DNA of 63,882 bases, the filler included, from Rhabdomonas costata (lineage: Eukaryota): assembly GCA_019059605.1 (NCBI GenBank). It is 52 parts of 52 records of this genome, joined end to end, with 100 filler letters (N's around TTAATTAATTAA, not from the genome) between each part and the next. Parts side by side here need not be neighbours in the genome. Positions count along the whole stretch, not along the records: positions 50,456 to 51,580 come from JAHMHO010027111.1; positions 51,681 to 52,810 come from JAHMHO010027112.1; positions 52,911 to 54,040 come from JAHMHO010027113.1; positions 54,141 to 55,270 come from JAHMHO010027114.1; positions 55,371 to 56,500 come from JAHMHO010027115.1; positions 56,601 to 57,730 come from JAHMHO010027116.1; positions 57,831 to 58,962 come from JAHMHO010027117.1; positions 59,063 to 60,192 come from JAHMHO010027118.1; 44 more parts are not named here. One strand, 5' to 3'. The notes beneath the pieces are model-generated. The model searched no databases, was not told the origin of the DNA, and worked only from the letters and a program-made list of their open reading frames with translations. Each line of letters opens with the position of its first letter. Positions within the stretch are counted from its first letter, which is position 1. The position numbers were made by a program, and so were the translations under genes. Positions 50,601-63,882 of this stretch are shown one piece after another.

Positions 50601-53179
50601 AAAAAAGCTCGAAAAAGGAAAACATAACCGAATCTTCTTCTTCACCCTGTCCCGTTGCGGTGCCTTACCCGTGTTTGTCACTCTGAATGTCAGAAATTGA
50701 AGCGGGCCATATTATCACCCCACAGCATAAAACCATATTATCAACCCACAGCATCAAAGGCAGAACAGGGCACCATGCAACAAATTCCCTATTCTCCACG
50801 GGAGCCAGCACTTGCTTGAACCGTGAACGTGGGATCAGTAGTTCGTGGTGATGGTGTCAGGAGGTTTCAGTGAACCTCTGTTGCTCACTCTCATGCTTCT
50901 GCCATCCGTTGCCATCCGTGGTGCTAGGCTGAAACTTGACGCCCCCCCCCCCCAGTGACCCACTAACGGAGCGCAACGGCCTTCGGTGACTTTGCCCCTG
51001 AAGGACGATAAACACAATTTCCTAGGAGATGGCAATAAAAAAGGGATGGAATTATTTTCGGTGCGGAGGCCGGCGGCCGCGGCGGCCGAACGGCCAGAGG
51101 CCGTGGAGGTGCGTGGGCGGGGAAGTGCCCCTGGGATTGATTGCCCTCTGGACCCAATATCCAGGGATTCGTTCACGGGGAGGAGGGTCGAGTTTCAGCT
51201 TAACGCACATAACACCGATCCCATACGTTGCACACACACACACACACACACGAAACAATTCCATGCATAACCCAAACCACAAGCATTTGCATTAAAAAAG
51301 GAATGTAATGAAAGATTAGAATGTTCTTGGCAGTTCACCCTCAACGCGCACGCCTTCTCTTCCTTGACCTCCGGAGAATCCGAGGGATGCTCCGGGTCCT
51401 CCACTCGAGTCGCGTCCACGACCATCTCCTCTCGGGTGGTGCCGGGCTCCTCCTTCACCTTCACCCGCCCCTTGTCTTTGTCCTTCTCCTCAGGCTCGGC
51501 CTTCGCGGCAGCATCAGTGCCCCTGTCGCCTTCTACAGCGGTCTTGCTACCCGTACTGCCGCTGCCCCGCCGCTCCCGCANNNNNNNNNNNNNNNNNNNN
51601 NNNNNNNNNNNNNNNNNNNNNNNNTTAATTAATTAANNNNNNNNNNNNNNNNNNNNNNNNNNNNNNNNNNNNNNNNNNNNTTGCGTGGATGGCTGCCTGA
51701 GCCTCTTCGCGGAGGCTGTGGAGGCGCTTCTGTTGGCTCACCGTAAAAAGGTCTTTCTCGTCTTTGCCTTTAGTTTGCGTTCCCCTTTTCGTGAAATTGT
51801 GGTTCTGTCTACCGGTTTTTACGTAAGGCCATGACCTGGATTCCACTCGGTCGCTCAGCAATGCCATGAGAACGGTCAACCTGCGGTGATGTGTTCTGTT
51901 CTGTTCAAATGACCTATCTCCCATTCTGTTGGCATGGTCACGGCGTTGACGACAGGACGAGAGAATCACATCCCATCACCCCACTATCGCCATAAAGCGA
52001 GACAAGGCTCCACCCTCTCAACTTGCACTCTCTCTTATGAAGCCTTCATACGTACTGAAGAACGTTGACCCTGCCTTAGCCCGCAAATTTCGTTGATTTC
52101 TGATAGTCAGGTGCCCTCGTCAGTATCCGCCCCCTTCACCTAACTCTGCAGCGTTTTGTCAAATTCTCCTCGGCGAAAAAAAGGAGACCACTGAGCTACG
52201 GCCCATCCCTCTGGTAGTCAACACCCACGGCTGGGTTCAAGCCCTGGGATGGGCCACCACCCTGGCCGTGATTCAACTGGTACGGCCTGCCGCAGTGATA
52301 GTGTGTGGGGACCCCAATGGGGATGTTCTGCTCCCGCTCGATCCGGCGGAGGTATCGAAGACCCCTTCACTAGTGCTGAGTCCCGAGGCGGCCGCGCACC
52401 TGGCGAAAGCAGAGTTTGAGGTGTGGCCTTTTTAATTTTTTATACTTCGTTCAAAGGACTGCTACTTTCATCTCTCCTTCCCACCAGCATCGGTCCCGCC
52501 CGCCCACTTTTGGAGGCTGTGAACTATTGCATCCCGTGGTGCTGTGCAGCTGCCTTGCCTTGCCTTACGGGTGTTGGTAGTAGAGCGGAGTTTTCCAGAA
52601 GGTCGCAAAAGAAACGCGCTGAGTGCAGAGGGCCTGTGTGAACTCGGCTTGTTCGGAGCTTCGCTGAGGTGGTGATGCCAGACGTCATTGAGAGAGGATC
52701 TCGTTTCTGGAGAGGGTTAGAGGATGTCACATTGGCCATCAGTCTGTCAAGTCACCACAGCACCTATCCCACCGTGACCCACCCCAAACTCTGTTGACCC
52801 CCAACAAACCNNNNNNNNNNNNNNNNNNNNNNNNNNNNNNNNNNNNNNNNNNNNTTAATTAATTAANNNNNNNNNNNNNNNNNNNNNNNNNNNNNNNNNN
52901 NNNNNNNNNNTTGGTGTGTTTGGGGGTGTGTGTACGCGTTCGATACATTTGCATTTCATTTTATAAATGAGAAGAATGACCGGTTGCTGTACTGATTGAA
53001 TGCAAGGAAGCAAGTGATCATCCGAAAAGTTGGGACCTAGCTGGTCTTTTCACCGTTTTATTGAACAGAGAAACTTTTTGCAGAGCATCTTCAGATTCAG
53101 ATTTTCGAATCAATGCTCGGTGATCACATTCTGGCTAGTCCGTTTTTTTTGCTTTGGACATGACTGCGGCCGCTCACAG

Positions 53180-53595
53180 ATGTGGCCGCAGCTCAAGAGC
53201 CAGATCTACTCTGCCCTGGCGCTGAGAGCGTGCATGATTGTCGTGCCCTCATACTTTGACTACGTCCGTGTCAGAAACTTTCTGGACAACACGGACCGCC
53301 AGACCTTCCGCGAGCTCTGCGAGTACCTGTCTTTTTGTCAAACCAAACCCCGCCAACAATGCTTTCGTTTGAACCATTGAATTGTGTATTGAATGCTCAG
53401 CCTGTTGACAACGTAAAGAGGGCAGAGGGTTTGGGCGTCTTGGCGGATTACATGGGCTTCTTGCTCACTGGATTATTATTTTCTTTCAAGTTCTTCCTGT
53501 TGGGTTCCCTCCAGGTATACCCCAGCCAAGGAATGCATTTTCGCGCAGAAGGACTTCGGCCGCGGGTTGTTCCCTCTTCTGCTAATGACTGAGCG
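53180..53595 (+). CDS. UTP25: U3 snoRNA-associated protein 25 (UTP25/DIEXF), two exons (53180-53322 and 53515-53595)
   Basis: Spliced translation MIVVPSYFDYVRVRNFLD...FRELCE-YTPAKECIFAQKDFGRGLFPLLLMTER matches the PSYFD.VR.RN...EY......F..G...LL.TER pattern. Confidence 0.9.
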
Positions 53596-55544
53596 GTACT
53601 GGTTCTTTAAACGGTATCCGCAGCCCACCCGTCCGCTCGACGACGTCATAGTTTAAGCCCGCTTGTTCTGTTCTGACGAGCAAACCTTGCATTGAACTCA
53701 CAACATTGCGTGCGGTGGTGGAGTCGTGGTAACTGTTGTTAAGAGTGGTAGCTTTTGTTCCCACTGGTAATCTTCTCCTCACAGCAGCCAGTGACAGCAC
53801 CTCCTCACAAGTACTGAATTAATACGGTGGTTACCACCACCAACAATTGCTACCACCGTCTCTACTCTGTCGCACAACAACTTGAACCGATGCACCGATT
53901 TCAGGATTTCTGTTTTTCTACCTGCTTGGCTTTTTGCTTTCCCTTTATGCTGGATTTGCTTCACAGGTATCCCATTCGCTCCGCGGCGCGGGCCATTTTT
54001 TACTCCCCGCCCTTCAGTGAGCTGTGCTTTCAAACCCACANNNNNNNNNNNNNNNNNNNNNNNNNNNNNNNNNNNNNNNNNNNNTTAATTAATTAANNNN
54101 NNNNNNNNNNNNNNNNNNNNNNNNNNNNNNNNNNNNNNNNGGTGGTTGGTGGTGAGATTCGGGAGGAGTTTGAGATGTGGGTCGCGGTTGAGGGGCTTTC
54201 ACAGCAGTTATACGGGTGGGAAAAACGGCATCGCGCCCGCCAAACCCACAGGAAGCGATTGTGAATTCGCAGGTTTCTGGTCATTCCCAAATTTCTCTCA
54301 CAACAAAAAAAGAAACATCGGAGTGAGCAAGAAAAGGGCAAGCAGTCAGGCTGGACCTTGGGGGGCCGGAGCTTCCACGACTGCTGAGGCCGCTGAAGAG
54401 CTACATGACAACCCCACAGGCAATAGCTGCGTCTCTGCAACCCGCTCCCCTGGGCCAGTCAATGCCTCCGCGCCGAGCGGAACCAGCAGCAAGGCCGCTG
54501 TGGTGGCGGCGGGCGGCGTCTCGTCCACGGAAAACTCTTATGGAAGAAACAAGTACGAGTGGATTTCGAGCCTCGGATTTTGAGCCCCTCCAAGAACAGG
54601 TGCATAACTGCGGTTCCCTCCAGGGGTTTTCTGGAGCCCCTCGCCCCTCTTGAAGGCGTTCATGCCAGATTTTGAACACTTAACCTAATTGAACTAGCAC
54701 CTTGCGCCTTGGAGCGCGGAGCGACATCATGGACCCAACTGCAGAGGACCAGTGCGTGGCCGCATCTCCCTCTTGCCTCTGTTGAGATCAATTGCCCGTC
54801 CTGGGGGTGCGTACAGCCTCCTGACCGCTACGAGATGATTAACATGTCTGCAGACACGTTGCCATTACCTACCAGGGGCTCCAAGATGCACTGAGTGTAT
54901 GTGTGTGAATCCAAACCAGCACCAGCGCCAGAGATGCATATCAAAAACTCCCTTGTAAGCGTTTGAAACGCAGCACTCCATCACCTGTCCCATGTCCCGG
55001 TAACACAATGAACTGTCCAAACAACACGAGGGGCATACGGCTTGGTGAGGTCTCATGACGCGGAGATGGTCTTGGTATCCTTAGCCTTGCCAGAATGTCC
55101 GCAGCGTTCAGGGTTTCACCACAGCCGCAGGCATCCGCGGCCGTCCCTTTACCGAGGCCTACGGAAGGCATCTGGCTCCCTGCAGAGTGGAGCAAGCCGG
55201 AAAAAAACACAGCAAAGTTCATCGTGACAGGTTGTCCGAGATGGACGTCAGTGCAGAACTAAACCACAACNNNNNNNNNNNNNNNNNNNNNNNNNNNNNN
55301 NNNNNNNNNNNNNNTTAATTAATTAANNNNNNNNNNNNNNNNNNNNNNNNNNNNNNNNNNNNNNNNNNNNTGTGGTTTGGCGGAAGACCTTTCGGAGGAG
55401 ATGTCAGAGGGGTGTTCAGAGACAACGGTCAGCAGTATTCGGAGAGGGGCATGGAGTACCCCTGTTCCGTTGTTCGTCTTGCCATTCCAGAGGAACGTAA
55501 GGGAAGTGGTGGTGTTACTTTCTGATCTTCCAGACCCTCCCACC

Positions 55545-55900
55545 CCTCAGCCATTAATGTTCCTTCCGTTGTGGATTGTGAATACGCAGGTACGAGCGCT
55601 GTTAGATTCCGGAGCTTCAGATTCGTTTATAAGTCAAGAAGTGGTGCAGAGATTCCGTTGCATAAGTACCCGTTGCAGCAAAGGCTCACGTTGAAAGTAG
55701 CGAATGGAGAAGGACTCCCCGTGACCCATTTTGTGCGAATTGTCGGGAAATTAGGTACCATGCCGATTAAGTTGTTATTGAAAGTGATTCAGACGGCAAT
55801 TCCAGTGGTACTTGGATATCCGTTTTTGACGAGGCTACAGCCACAGATAGATTGGAAGCGTAGGTGTGTCAAGGTTTGGAGAGGCGGAAGGATTTACAAC
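55545..55900 (+). mobile_element. Ty3/Gypsy LTR retrotransposon aspartic protease region, frameshifted
   Basis: VRALLDSGASDSFIS (DSG at ~55605) is followed, after a frameshift near 55655, by LKVANGEGLPV...VVLGYPFLTRLQPQIDWKRR, a typical retropepsin. Confidence 0.88.
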
Positions 55901-56639
55901 ATTCATGCGCTTCCAGCAGTGGATTCTTTCAGAATTACGTGCCTAACCACAGGGATGATGCAAACCAAGCCGGATGAAGTTTTTCCAGAGCTTCCACATA
56001 TCACTCAAGTATGGAAAGGGTCGGGGTTGTGCCCCCCTGGTTCCAGAGTAGCAGGGGATGAGGGGATCGACACCCCAAATGACCCAGGCGTCAACACGGC
56101 TGGAAGTCGTTTGGTTGCAGAAAGAAGCGAGCCCATGGTGATGAACGTTCCACAGGGTGCGGAGTCTCTTCCAGAGTTGATTCCAGAGGGTGCTATTTCC
56201 ACAGTGGAGGTGGAAGAAGTCACTCCAACTAAACAGGACCAGCGAGCCATAGCCTAAGTGGAAGGTCGAAAGGAAGTTGCGAGATTCGCCCAGGAATGAA
56301 GTAGAGAAGTTAATTGAGGAGGTGGACCACAGCATTTGTGGCCCCTCTTGCGCGGTGTTGCCAACACCTCCAGAGATCGAGAAGTTAAACCAAGAATTTA
56401 CGCACATCTTTCCAGCGTCAGTTCCCGGAGGGTTACCACCTTCCACTTAGGCTATGGCTCGCTGGTCCTGTTTAGTTGGAGTGACTTCTCCCACCCCACA
56501 NNNNNNNNNNNNNNNNNNNNNNNNNNNNNNNNNNNNNNNNNNNNTTAATTAATTAANNNNNNNNNNNNNNNNNNNNNNNNNNNNNNNNNNNNNNNNNNNN
56601 GTGGGGTGTGGGAGGGGGAGGGGGGTGATGCGGCAGGAC

Positions 56640-57167
56640 CTGCTCCTTCAGAAGCTGCCTCAGATCGGCAACCTCGTCCTTGAGCTCATCCACCAAGCGA
56701 ATGTTAAGCACTTCATTGACCTGCACATGAAAACATAAGCAAAAAGGGCCAACGGCATTGAGACATGGCAAACAGCGTCTTCCCACTACGGTGGCCATTT
56801 TTCGCGGACCCATCCACCCTTACGCCCACCTTCAGTGGAGGACAGGAAGAAGGAATGGGAGGAACCAATTTATGGTGAGGGTCGAAAGAATCCAAAATAC
56901 ATTGTGGCACGAGACAATGAGTATATCCTCGACAATGCAGCGCATCGTATGGGCTTACCTCGCATTCTGCGGACTCTTATTCCAATTCGATAAGCACAAC
57001 TTAAAGTTACACAGCGAGATTTAGCGGAGGAGGAGAAATCCTGCACACCGTGGCTTCGTTCACGATGCACTTCGCCCTAGCGGCGTAGCGCAGTGTGTTC
57101 TGGGTCTCCTCAAAGGACTGCGGGTGCGGACTGGCGGTGGCCAGCATGATCGTCTTGCTGTTGCCCC
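56640..57167 (-). CDS. Kinesin motor C-terminus and neck (kinesin-3-like), two exons (57167-57049 and 56720-56640)
   Basis: Spliced translation GGNSKTIMLATASPHPQSFEETQNTLRYAARAKCIVNEAT|VNEVLNIRLVDELKDEVADLRQLLKEQ, with GT-AG boundaries. Confidence 0.92.
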
Positions 57168-60100
57168 CTTTGAAGGCAGTGCGCAAGAACCAGAAGCCGC
57201 TCCAAATGGCTCAGCGCTCTCGCTGTTGGCTTCTTGTATTCCGCCAGCTCGAGAGCCATCCTCCTCCTCTTTATGATGGTGCTGCCTGTCACCCCGTCTC
57301 TCCACTCCACCACTTCCAACTTCATTCAACTTCATTTTTTCAACTTCATTCAAACCCAACATTTGTCTGAATCTTCATTCCGAAAAACTTTTATACAAAC
57401 AAGACAGAGTACGCGCAAACCCCCAAACCCTAAACCACCAAAGCACCGAGTAAACCCATGAAAAAAAAAGCACATGCCCCCGCCCCCTCAAAGGGCAGTA
57501 AAAAAATAAGTAAGGGCGCGCAGCGCTAAGGGGTCCCGTAACGAAACAAGGGTGCATGCTCATCCCAACATGGATTACACCTACTTCGAGAAAGGGGAGG
57601 TTTGCCGCTATTGCAACCAACCGAAACACCACTTTACCCAAGAGGCCGAATTTCCCTCATTTTCACCCCTTTTTGAAGCCCTTTTCGACGCCAAAATGCC
57701 CCCTTTTCAAGGCTTTTTGCCCCCAAAAACNNNNNNNNNNNNNNNNNNNNNNNNNNNNNNNNNNNNNNNNNNNNTTAATTAATTAANNNNNNNNNNNNNN
57801 NNNNNNNNNNNNNNNNNNNNNNNNNNNNNNGCGCATTGCGCGCTGGCTGTTGCCTGGTTGACTGGTTGACTGGTTGGTGGTGACCACTGGGGACTGACTG
57901 GCGCACGCGCTGTTGGCCACGGGTGCTCGCGAGAGGTGCCGTTGGAGCGAACGGTGCCGTGGGGAACCGAAATCGGCTCACCACCGAACGTTCCACATCT
58001 GGTAACCTCCCTTCTGCCCCACGGGTGTGTGTGTGTGTGTGTGTGTGGTGTCCAACACTGTATGTCAGAAGGCAATGAATGATTTCCCTAGGATTCGGAA
58101 ATCCAGCGGTCGAGTTCCAAGCCACTCCTCCAACTGGGGTGCAGAGGATACTACAGGTCTCGAAAGATATTCCTCTGTGGCTACGCCCGGACGACGGAAC
58201 GTACCACCTTAGGGTGGGGAGTGACGGAGTGACACGTGTAGAAGATGGTGGTAGTGAACGGAAGCACCTTAGGGTGGTGGAGTGAACAGGAGTGAGAGGA
58301 GTGATGTGAGGGACCGAACATCACGACGTCAAGAGGAGGAACGGACCGCGCAGCGGGGAGTGACGACGATGGATGTTAAAGTGGTAATGTTGATGTCGTC
58401 ACATTCACACTCGTCACACTCCCTCCGGTCGTGTTCCTCCTGTTCATGTTCCTCCTGTGTCGACTCTCACTTCGTTCGTGTCTCCTTCTACCTGCTGAAA
58501 AAGAGGAACCGTCGCTGATACCCCAAGAACCCAAAATGGGATTCTCACAGATCCTGTGGGAGGAACCACTCGGAGTTTATTGTCTTGCACAGATTCATTA
58601 AGGGGTAGCTGCAAGCACAAACACAACTGTTCTTGCAGCAATACAGAAGGGAAATTTATTTACATTGGAAAGGCAGATGATAGGCTCTCCATACGGTTAA
58701 TGAGGGAGAAGAAGAACAGACGCTCGAGAATGGCAATGGTGAATGGATCCAGGATGGATGATGGAGAAGAAAACATAAAAGATGTTGCTCGCTGTTGCAT
58801 TATATCCTTAAAGCGGTGATTGAAGCCCAAATGGATGTTAGTGGGTAATGTTTGCCACGAAATCGATAGCGCTCCATTTTTTGATAGCGCTCCAAAATGT
58901 GCCCGTCTGGTGGGTGTTCTGTCTGCTGAAAGCTTCGGTTCCCAGCAGCAGGTCGGTATCATNNNNNNNNNNNNNNNNNNNNNNNNNNNNNNNNNNNNNN
59001 NNNNNNTTAATTAATTAANNNNNNNNNNNNNNNNNNNNNNNNNNNNNNNNNNNNNNNNNNNNGGTCCGGACCGGACCCAACATTGACCTTAGAACTCTAG
59101 AGTGTCGGGTTGGGGGTCATATTTGGTGGTATGGTGGTACTCCTGAGATGAGTTTGTTGGCCCCTACCCGGCCTCGGATTCCTTCTCTACGCCAAGGTCC
59201 CTTTTTGGCCCTTTTAAGGGCATTTTCGACTTCGAAAAGAATTTCTTTTGGTGAGCTAAAGGGCGGAAGTACTCTTGCCCAGCACGCCCAATAAAAAATC
59301 GAAAATCGAAAATTTTACAAAAACTTCAAACCTTTTTTTCAGACCTTTGCACTCCTGCATACTGAGCCTGAGCTTTCGGTCGGGCTGTTTACTGAAGGGT
59401 AGAGCCTGGGAGTAGTTCATGCTGGCCGGCTGGAGTGGGTTGGTGCTTCGGTATAGAGCCACGCTAGAGGCCATTTCAGGGCCATGGGGTGTTTTTGGGC
59501 CCTTTTGACAGGCTTGGAAGGAGTTTTTGTTTTTGCACCCGCTTGCGTTTTGACAAGAGAAAGAACTGTAGGCTCGCCCACCTGCACGCCGGTGTGCCAG
59601 CAACGGTTTTTCTTTTTCTTTTTTGTTGTTTTTGCAGCCGCAGCTGGGTGGGGTACTGCGTGATGCTGCTGTGGAATTTCCTCATCCTATGGTGTGCCGT
59701 GCGGAGGGGGATGAGGGGATAACTCCTTTTTGTACGTTTTTGTTCGGTCTTGATTCGTCGATTCATCTTTTCATGGACTACTTTTCATGGACTACTATCT
59801 TTTCATGGACTAAGACGCCCACGCGCTCAACACCCACTCACCGATCTACCCACCCACCACACCACTTGTGGTTGTTGCAAAGAAGCCACCTACATTGCAA
59901 GTGAGGCCCCTATCCCTAACCGCACTTGCAATGCAATGTCTATATCTCACTTTGCATTTATGCCACCGTCACTTTCCGCCTGAATTTGGACACTAGAATT
60001 TGCTTGGTGTCGGTGTTTTGCCTCATGTTAGATTTTCATGTCTTCTACTGTTGCGAATTCTCTGTTGTTTTTTTCTTAGCAACTGCAGTCTTGCTGGGCA

Positions 60101-62758
60101 CTTGTGTGAAGCACATAGTGCCTTGGCTGACACCACTTTTACGTATTTTGTGTTTTCGCTCTTTCTCGTCTGCGTGCCAGCCATGCCATCTTNNNNNNNN
60201 NNNNNNNNNNNNNNNNNNNNNNNNNNNNNNNNNNNNTTAATTAATTAANNNNNNNNNNNNNNNNNNNNNNNNNNNNNNNNNNNNNNNNNNNNTGTTTGTT
60301 GTGCAGGTGAGCCAGCTGCTGCACCTCCCGGTCCTTCTCCTCCAGCTTTGCTCGCAGCACGCTCACCTGCACAACGGAAGTACACTGCTCTCCCATTCGG
60401 CGTGACGGTACCCTCGAATGGGGGTAGGAGCATTAGAGCACTTATTTTCAAATCCTACGCTATATAGGTGAACTGGAGAATAACCTGGGTTCCGCAAGCA
60501 ACAACAGCGACGACAACAAAAAATCTTGGCACACTGGCGTCAGGAGAGAGACGATACTGCTTCGGCCGAGGCCGCACTGAGAATCTCCCAAACTTGCCCG
60601 GAGTCTCTATGCTTTATAAGTTGAGACCCTTGAGTTTTTTCCTAACTACCCGGGTGAAGTTCTGGTGAGCCAGGCCTTCCAGCTGCGGGCACAAGGTCAA
60701 CTCTGAAATAAGCCGTTAACAGTAATCTGCAAAAGAAGTGGGGGGTGTGGGCAAACACGCGACCTGCAGTCCAGACTCTGTGCCTTCGTACCGCTGCCGG
60801 CCGTGCTCGAAGATGAGGTCGTCGACCTTATTTTCGCGAAGCTCCTGCTGGAGTTGCGTCGCAGCTGAGGGTCACACCGCAGTGGTATGGAGGTGAGGGA
60901 AAGGTGAGACTAGCCTAGAATTTACCGCGCAAACACTGGTCAGTTGTGTACGAGTTGACAACTTTACCTCTTATCTGACCTGTCTCGCACGCACGAATCA
61001 AACATCAAATAGAACCAACCAGATGCTGACGAGGAGGGGTTGGGCCCAGTGGCACACTAACAGATCTCTGTAAGCTCGTTGGCATCCCGCTACAGCAAAA
61101 TCCAGAATCGTTCACAGAGCTCCAGCATCTCCGAGGCAAGCGCATGGTTCCCAGGTAACAGCGATAGTTCTAGTACAGCAAAAAAATGAGGCAGCCTTCT
61201 CCCAAGTATTCCGTATCGTCGAGATCGCTAGATTGCCATGAATCGTAGAAACAGCAAGATCAATTTCTCCAATTGTAGAGGGCCACTCTAACCCGATCGG
61301 AGCTCTGAACGGGGCCTGGGGCCGGGATTTTTCCTAACGCCGCCTCTGTTTGAGATTCCGGTTCACAACAAATGCCACAAATTCCATTGCATTGCAATAG
61401 GCTGCCTCGCTTAAACACAAAANNNNNNNNNNNNNNNNNNNNNNNNNNNNNNNNNNNNNNNNNNNNTTAATTAATTAANNNNNNNNNNNNNNNNNNNNNN
61501 NNNNNNNNNNNNNNNNNNNNNNTAATTACGTAAAATATTACGAAGGCTCGGCTTAAAGGCTTGGCTTAGACATACGTCTTATGATATATGTTGCGATTAT
61601 CGTAAAATAGTTATTGCGCAATTGCTTGTTTCAACGCAGATACAGATGTTGTCAATTGCTGAGCAACAAGTTTGATATCTTGTGATGCGATCATAACTGT
61701 CAGTTGTTGAACAGTTTATTCTTTTGTAAGACGTTCGACTTTTTTGTCAATTCTCTTTTTTGACCGTTGAATACGATTCTTTGTCGTAGTATGGCATACA
61801 TTTGAAAATTTCATCTCTTATTTCGTGTGGAATTTTTGGTCCGTTTCTGTCGAAAATCATCAGATCGATAAATGTCTAGTTTTGTTCTCTTTCAACATCC
61901 GAGGTAGGCAGGGGTGCGGATCCCGGTGCGGCCACCCCACAGTGGCTGCCCGAAGTCATAGAGATGAGCGTTGTAGCCTCCCCTCCGTGAGTCCTACTCG
62001 AGGGTGGGGTTTTCTCTGGGCGAGTCCCCATCCCCTGCCTCCAGGGTTTGTTGTTGTTTCCTAACTCTTTGCCTTTCGCACACTGCGACTCCCGACAAGT
62101 ACAGGAGGTTCCCAGAGGGGCCTCGGTCGGAGTGTGTGGGCGTTTATGGGAGTGGACTCCTTTGTAGTTGCTGCTGTTGTCTTGTTTCATCAGTGTCTTC
62201 CTTCATTGACTGCTTGAAAGCTTTTGTTATTGTTCCTCCCTTCAAACTGTACTTTTTTCCCGCACTCACGTTCTCCGCTTCTCTTTGCATTTGTGCGGCT
62301 GTTGTGTGCGCCGGACTTTGAACACTGGTGTGTCATTAGTATGTTGGTACCCTTCTCTTTCAACATCATCATACATATTAAGAGCGTAATATATATAATA
62401 TTCTTCATTATCATTCTGATCATCGTAATAATCGTAATCACTGTCAGGATTATATTATCCATCACATTCGTAGTACGTTCCTTCGAACATTGTTGTGTGT
62501 TATGATGCTGTAGTTTGCAGTATCAATTGCTTTTGAAAATTATAGTGTATCAACAATTGCAAAATAATATTATTTCAATTTTTATGTATATAAATAAATT
62601 ATATTCCATAAAAACAATTTATAATACATATTTCTGTATATTACTACTTGTNNNNNNNNNNNNNNNNNNNNNNNNNNNNNNNNNNNNNNNNNNNNTTAAT
62701 TAATTAANNNNNNNNNNNNNNNNNNNNNNNNNNNNNNNNNNNNNNNNNNNNGTGTTTG

Positions 62759-63286
62759 TGTGCTGGTCGCCGCCGCGGAGCTGCTGCTCTTCTCTATCCA
62801 AGCCCCCGTGAACGGTCTCCTGCTGAGGTCTGTGTGCCCTTTTTCAGTTGCCCGGTTCCTCTCCGCCAATCCGTCATGCACATGGACATCTGTCACACTG
62901 GAGGATCGGCAAATGCAATTCTGCAATCCCTTTATCGAGGTTTACAAAGGGTATGCCTGCCGATTGAGTACACTGTTATTGTAACCTTCTTATTTCCATT
63001 TGCTGGTGGTCTAATGAACAGCGGATTTCGGCGTTGGTGCAGTTCTTGTGTTTATGGAAGAAAAAGAAGGAAAAGCCATGCTCAAACGAGGAGGGGCAGT
63101 TCACTGCGCTTCGGTATATGACATGTGTGGTGGGCCTCTTCTCGATGTGTGTGTGTGTGTGTGTGTGTGTGAATGTGTGTGCTCCATCACAGCATCGTAG
63201 ACGTTGACCTGCGCAACCTGGCAATGTCCTTCAACGTGCTGGTGATTCACCTGCTCGGGGACTTTCCGTCACCGCTGCTCGTTGGA
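62759..63286 (+). CDS. Spinster-family MFS transporter, two exons (~62759-62827 and 63193-63286)
   Basis: Spliced translation AELLLFSIQAPVNGLLL-SIVDVDLRNLAMSFNVLVIHLLGDFPSPLLVG matches the Spinster E...F...P.N......R..A......IH..GD.PSP..G pattern. Confidence 0.85.
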
Positions 63287-63882
63287 GTATGGTCCAGCTG
63301 CCTTTACAGAAACTTTCCGAAGCCCTGGCGTTTCTTTCGGCACAAGAAAAATCAACGGTCGGCACAATCTGCTCGAATTGCAGGAAGAGGTGCGAACGGA
63401 AGGTGATTTTTTTTGGCAGAGCCACTGGCGTCTGTTTACCAAATTCAAAGCTCGCCTTCGCCAACTTCACTGCACTATTCATCATTTTCACCACCGGGGC
63501 CTTACTAAGAAACACGGGCATTTACATTTTTTTGACTAAAAACGGCAACCTCCGGTTCATAGACCAAATGGTCCTCTGCATTGGAAACATCTCACTACCT
63601 GTCACTTTTCATCCGAAAGGGGATTATGTTTCAGGTCGCCGTTTTCTATGGACAAGATGTGCTCCTCCCCCCCTCCACCACACAGTTGCTGTTTGCTCTC
63701 TGTCCTCGTCTTGTCGAAGATTTCCCGACAGGTTGGGCATGTGCACTTGTTCAGCTTGCTTGCGTCCTGACAACGCGTTGATGGCTCCTGTGCTTTGGGG
63801 TTGGGTCGCGGGGGTCGGGGGCTTGCAGTTCTTGTCGGATCACTTCTTTAATCGCTCCCTGCAAGCCCCCGACCCCCACAAC

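Noticed and set aside
54740-55260. Possible non-LTR C-terminal zinc knuckle/endonuclease (CGCGETL...RH)
   Set aside because: Too degenerate to support without a profile search.

Overview
This window is not a contiguous locus. It is 52 unrelated short contigs (about 1.13 kb each) joined by an artificial 100-nt linker (N-run + TTAATTAATTAA + N-run, which stops all six frames). Most contigs come from an intron-rich eukaryote of roughly balanced GC with GT-AG introns, many (TG)n microsatellites and one TTAGGG-type tract, probably a protist. G/T-only contig starts, A/C-only ends and many terminal fold-back palindromes suggest whole-genome-amplified, low-input DNA. Recognisable exons include an NVL/Rix7-like AAA ATPase, COQ3, UTP25, a kinesin, TVP38/TMEM64, ABCG, Spinster and another MFS transporter, a U-box protein, a GPS-motif protein, a CocE/NonD hydrolase, an Argonaute/PIWI C-terminal exon and a complete two-exon Uma2-like PD-(D/E)xK nuclease. 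Ty3/Gypsy remnants are also present. The standout is the very AT-rich contig 11080-12210, which holds a Fanzor2/IS607-TnpB-type RNA-guided nuclease gene on the minus strand. It has RuvC-I D, a rearranged RuvC-II (G at the canonical site, E shifted downstream), a zinc finger and RuvC-III D. Directly after it lies a structured omegaRNA-like scaffold (two hairpins plus a 7-bp pseudoknot) ending in ACGG, followed by a putative guide. A 17-bp tandem duplication frameshifts the gene upstream of RuvC-I. All protein calls come from motif recognition by eye; no searches were run.
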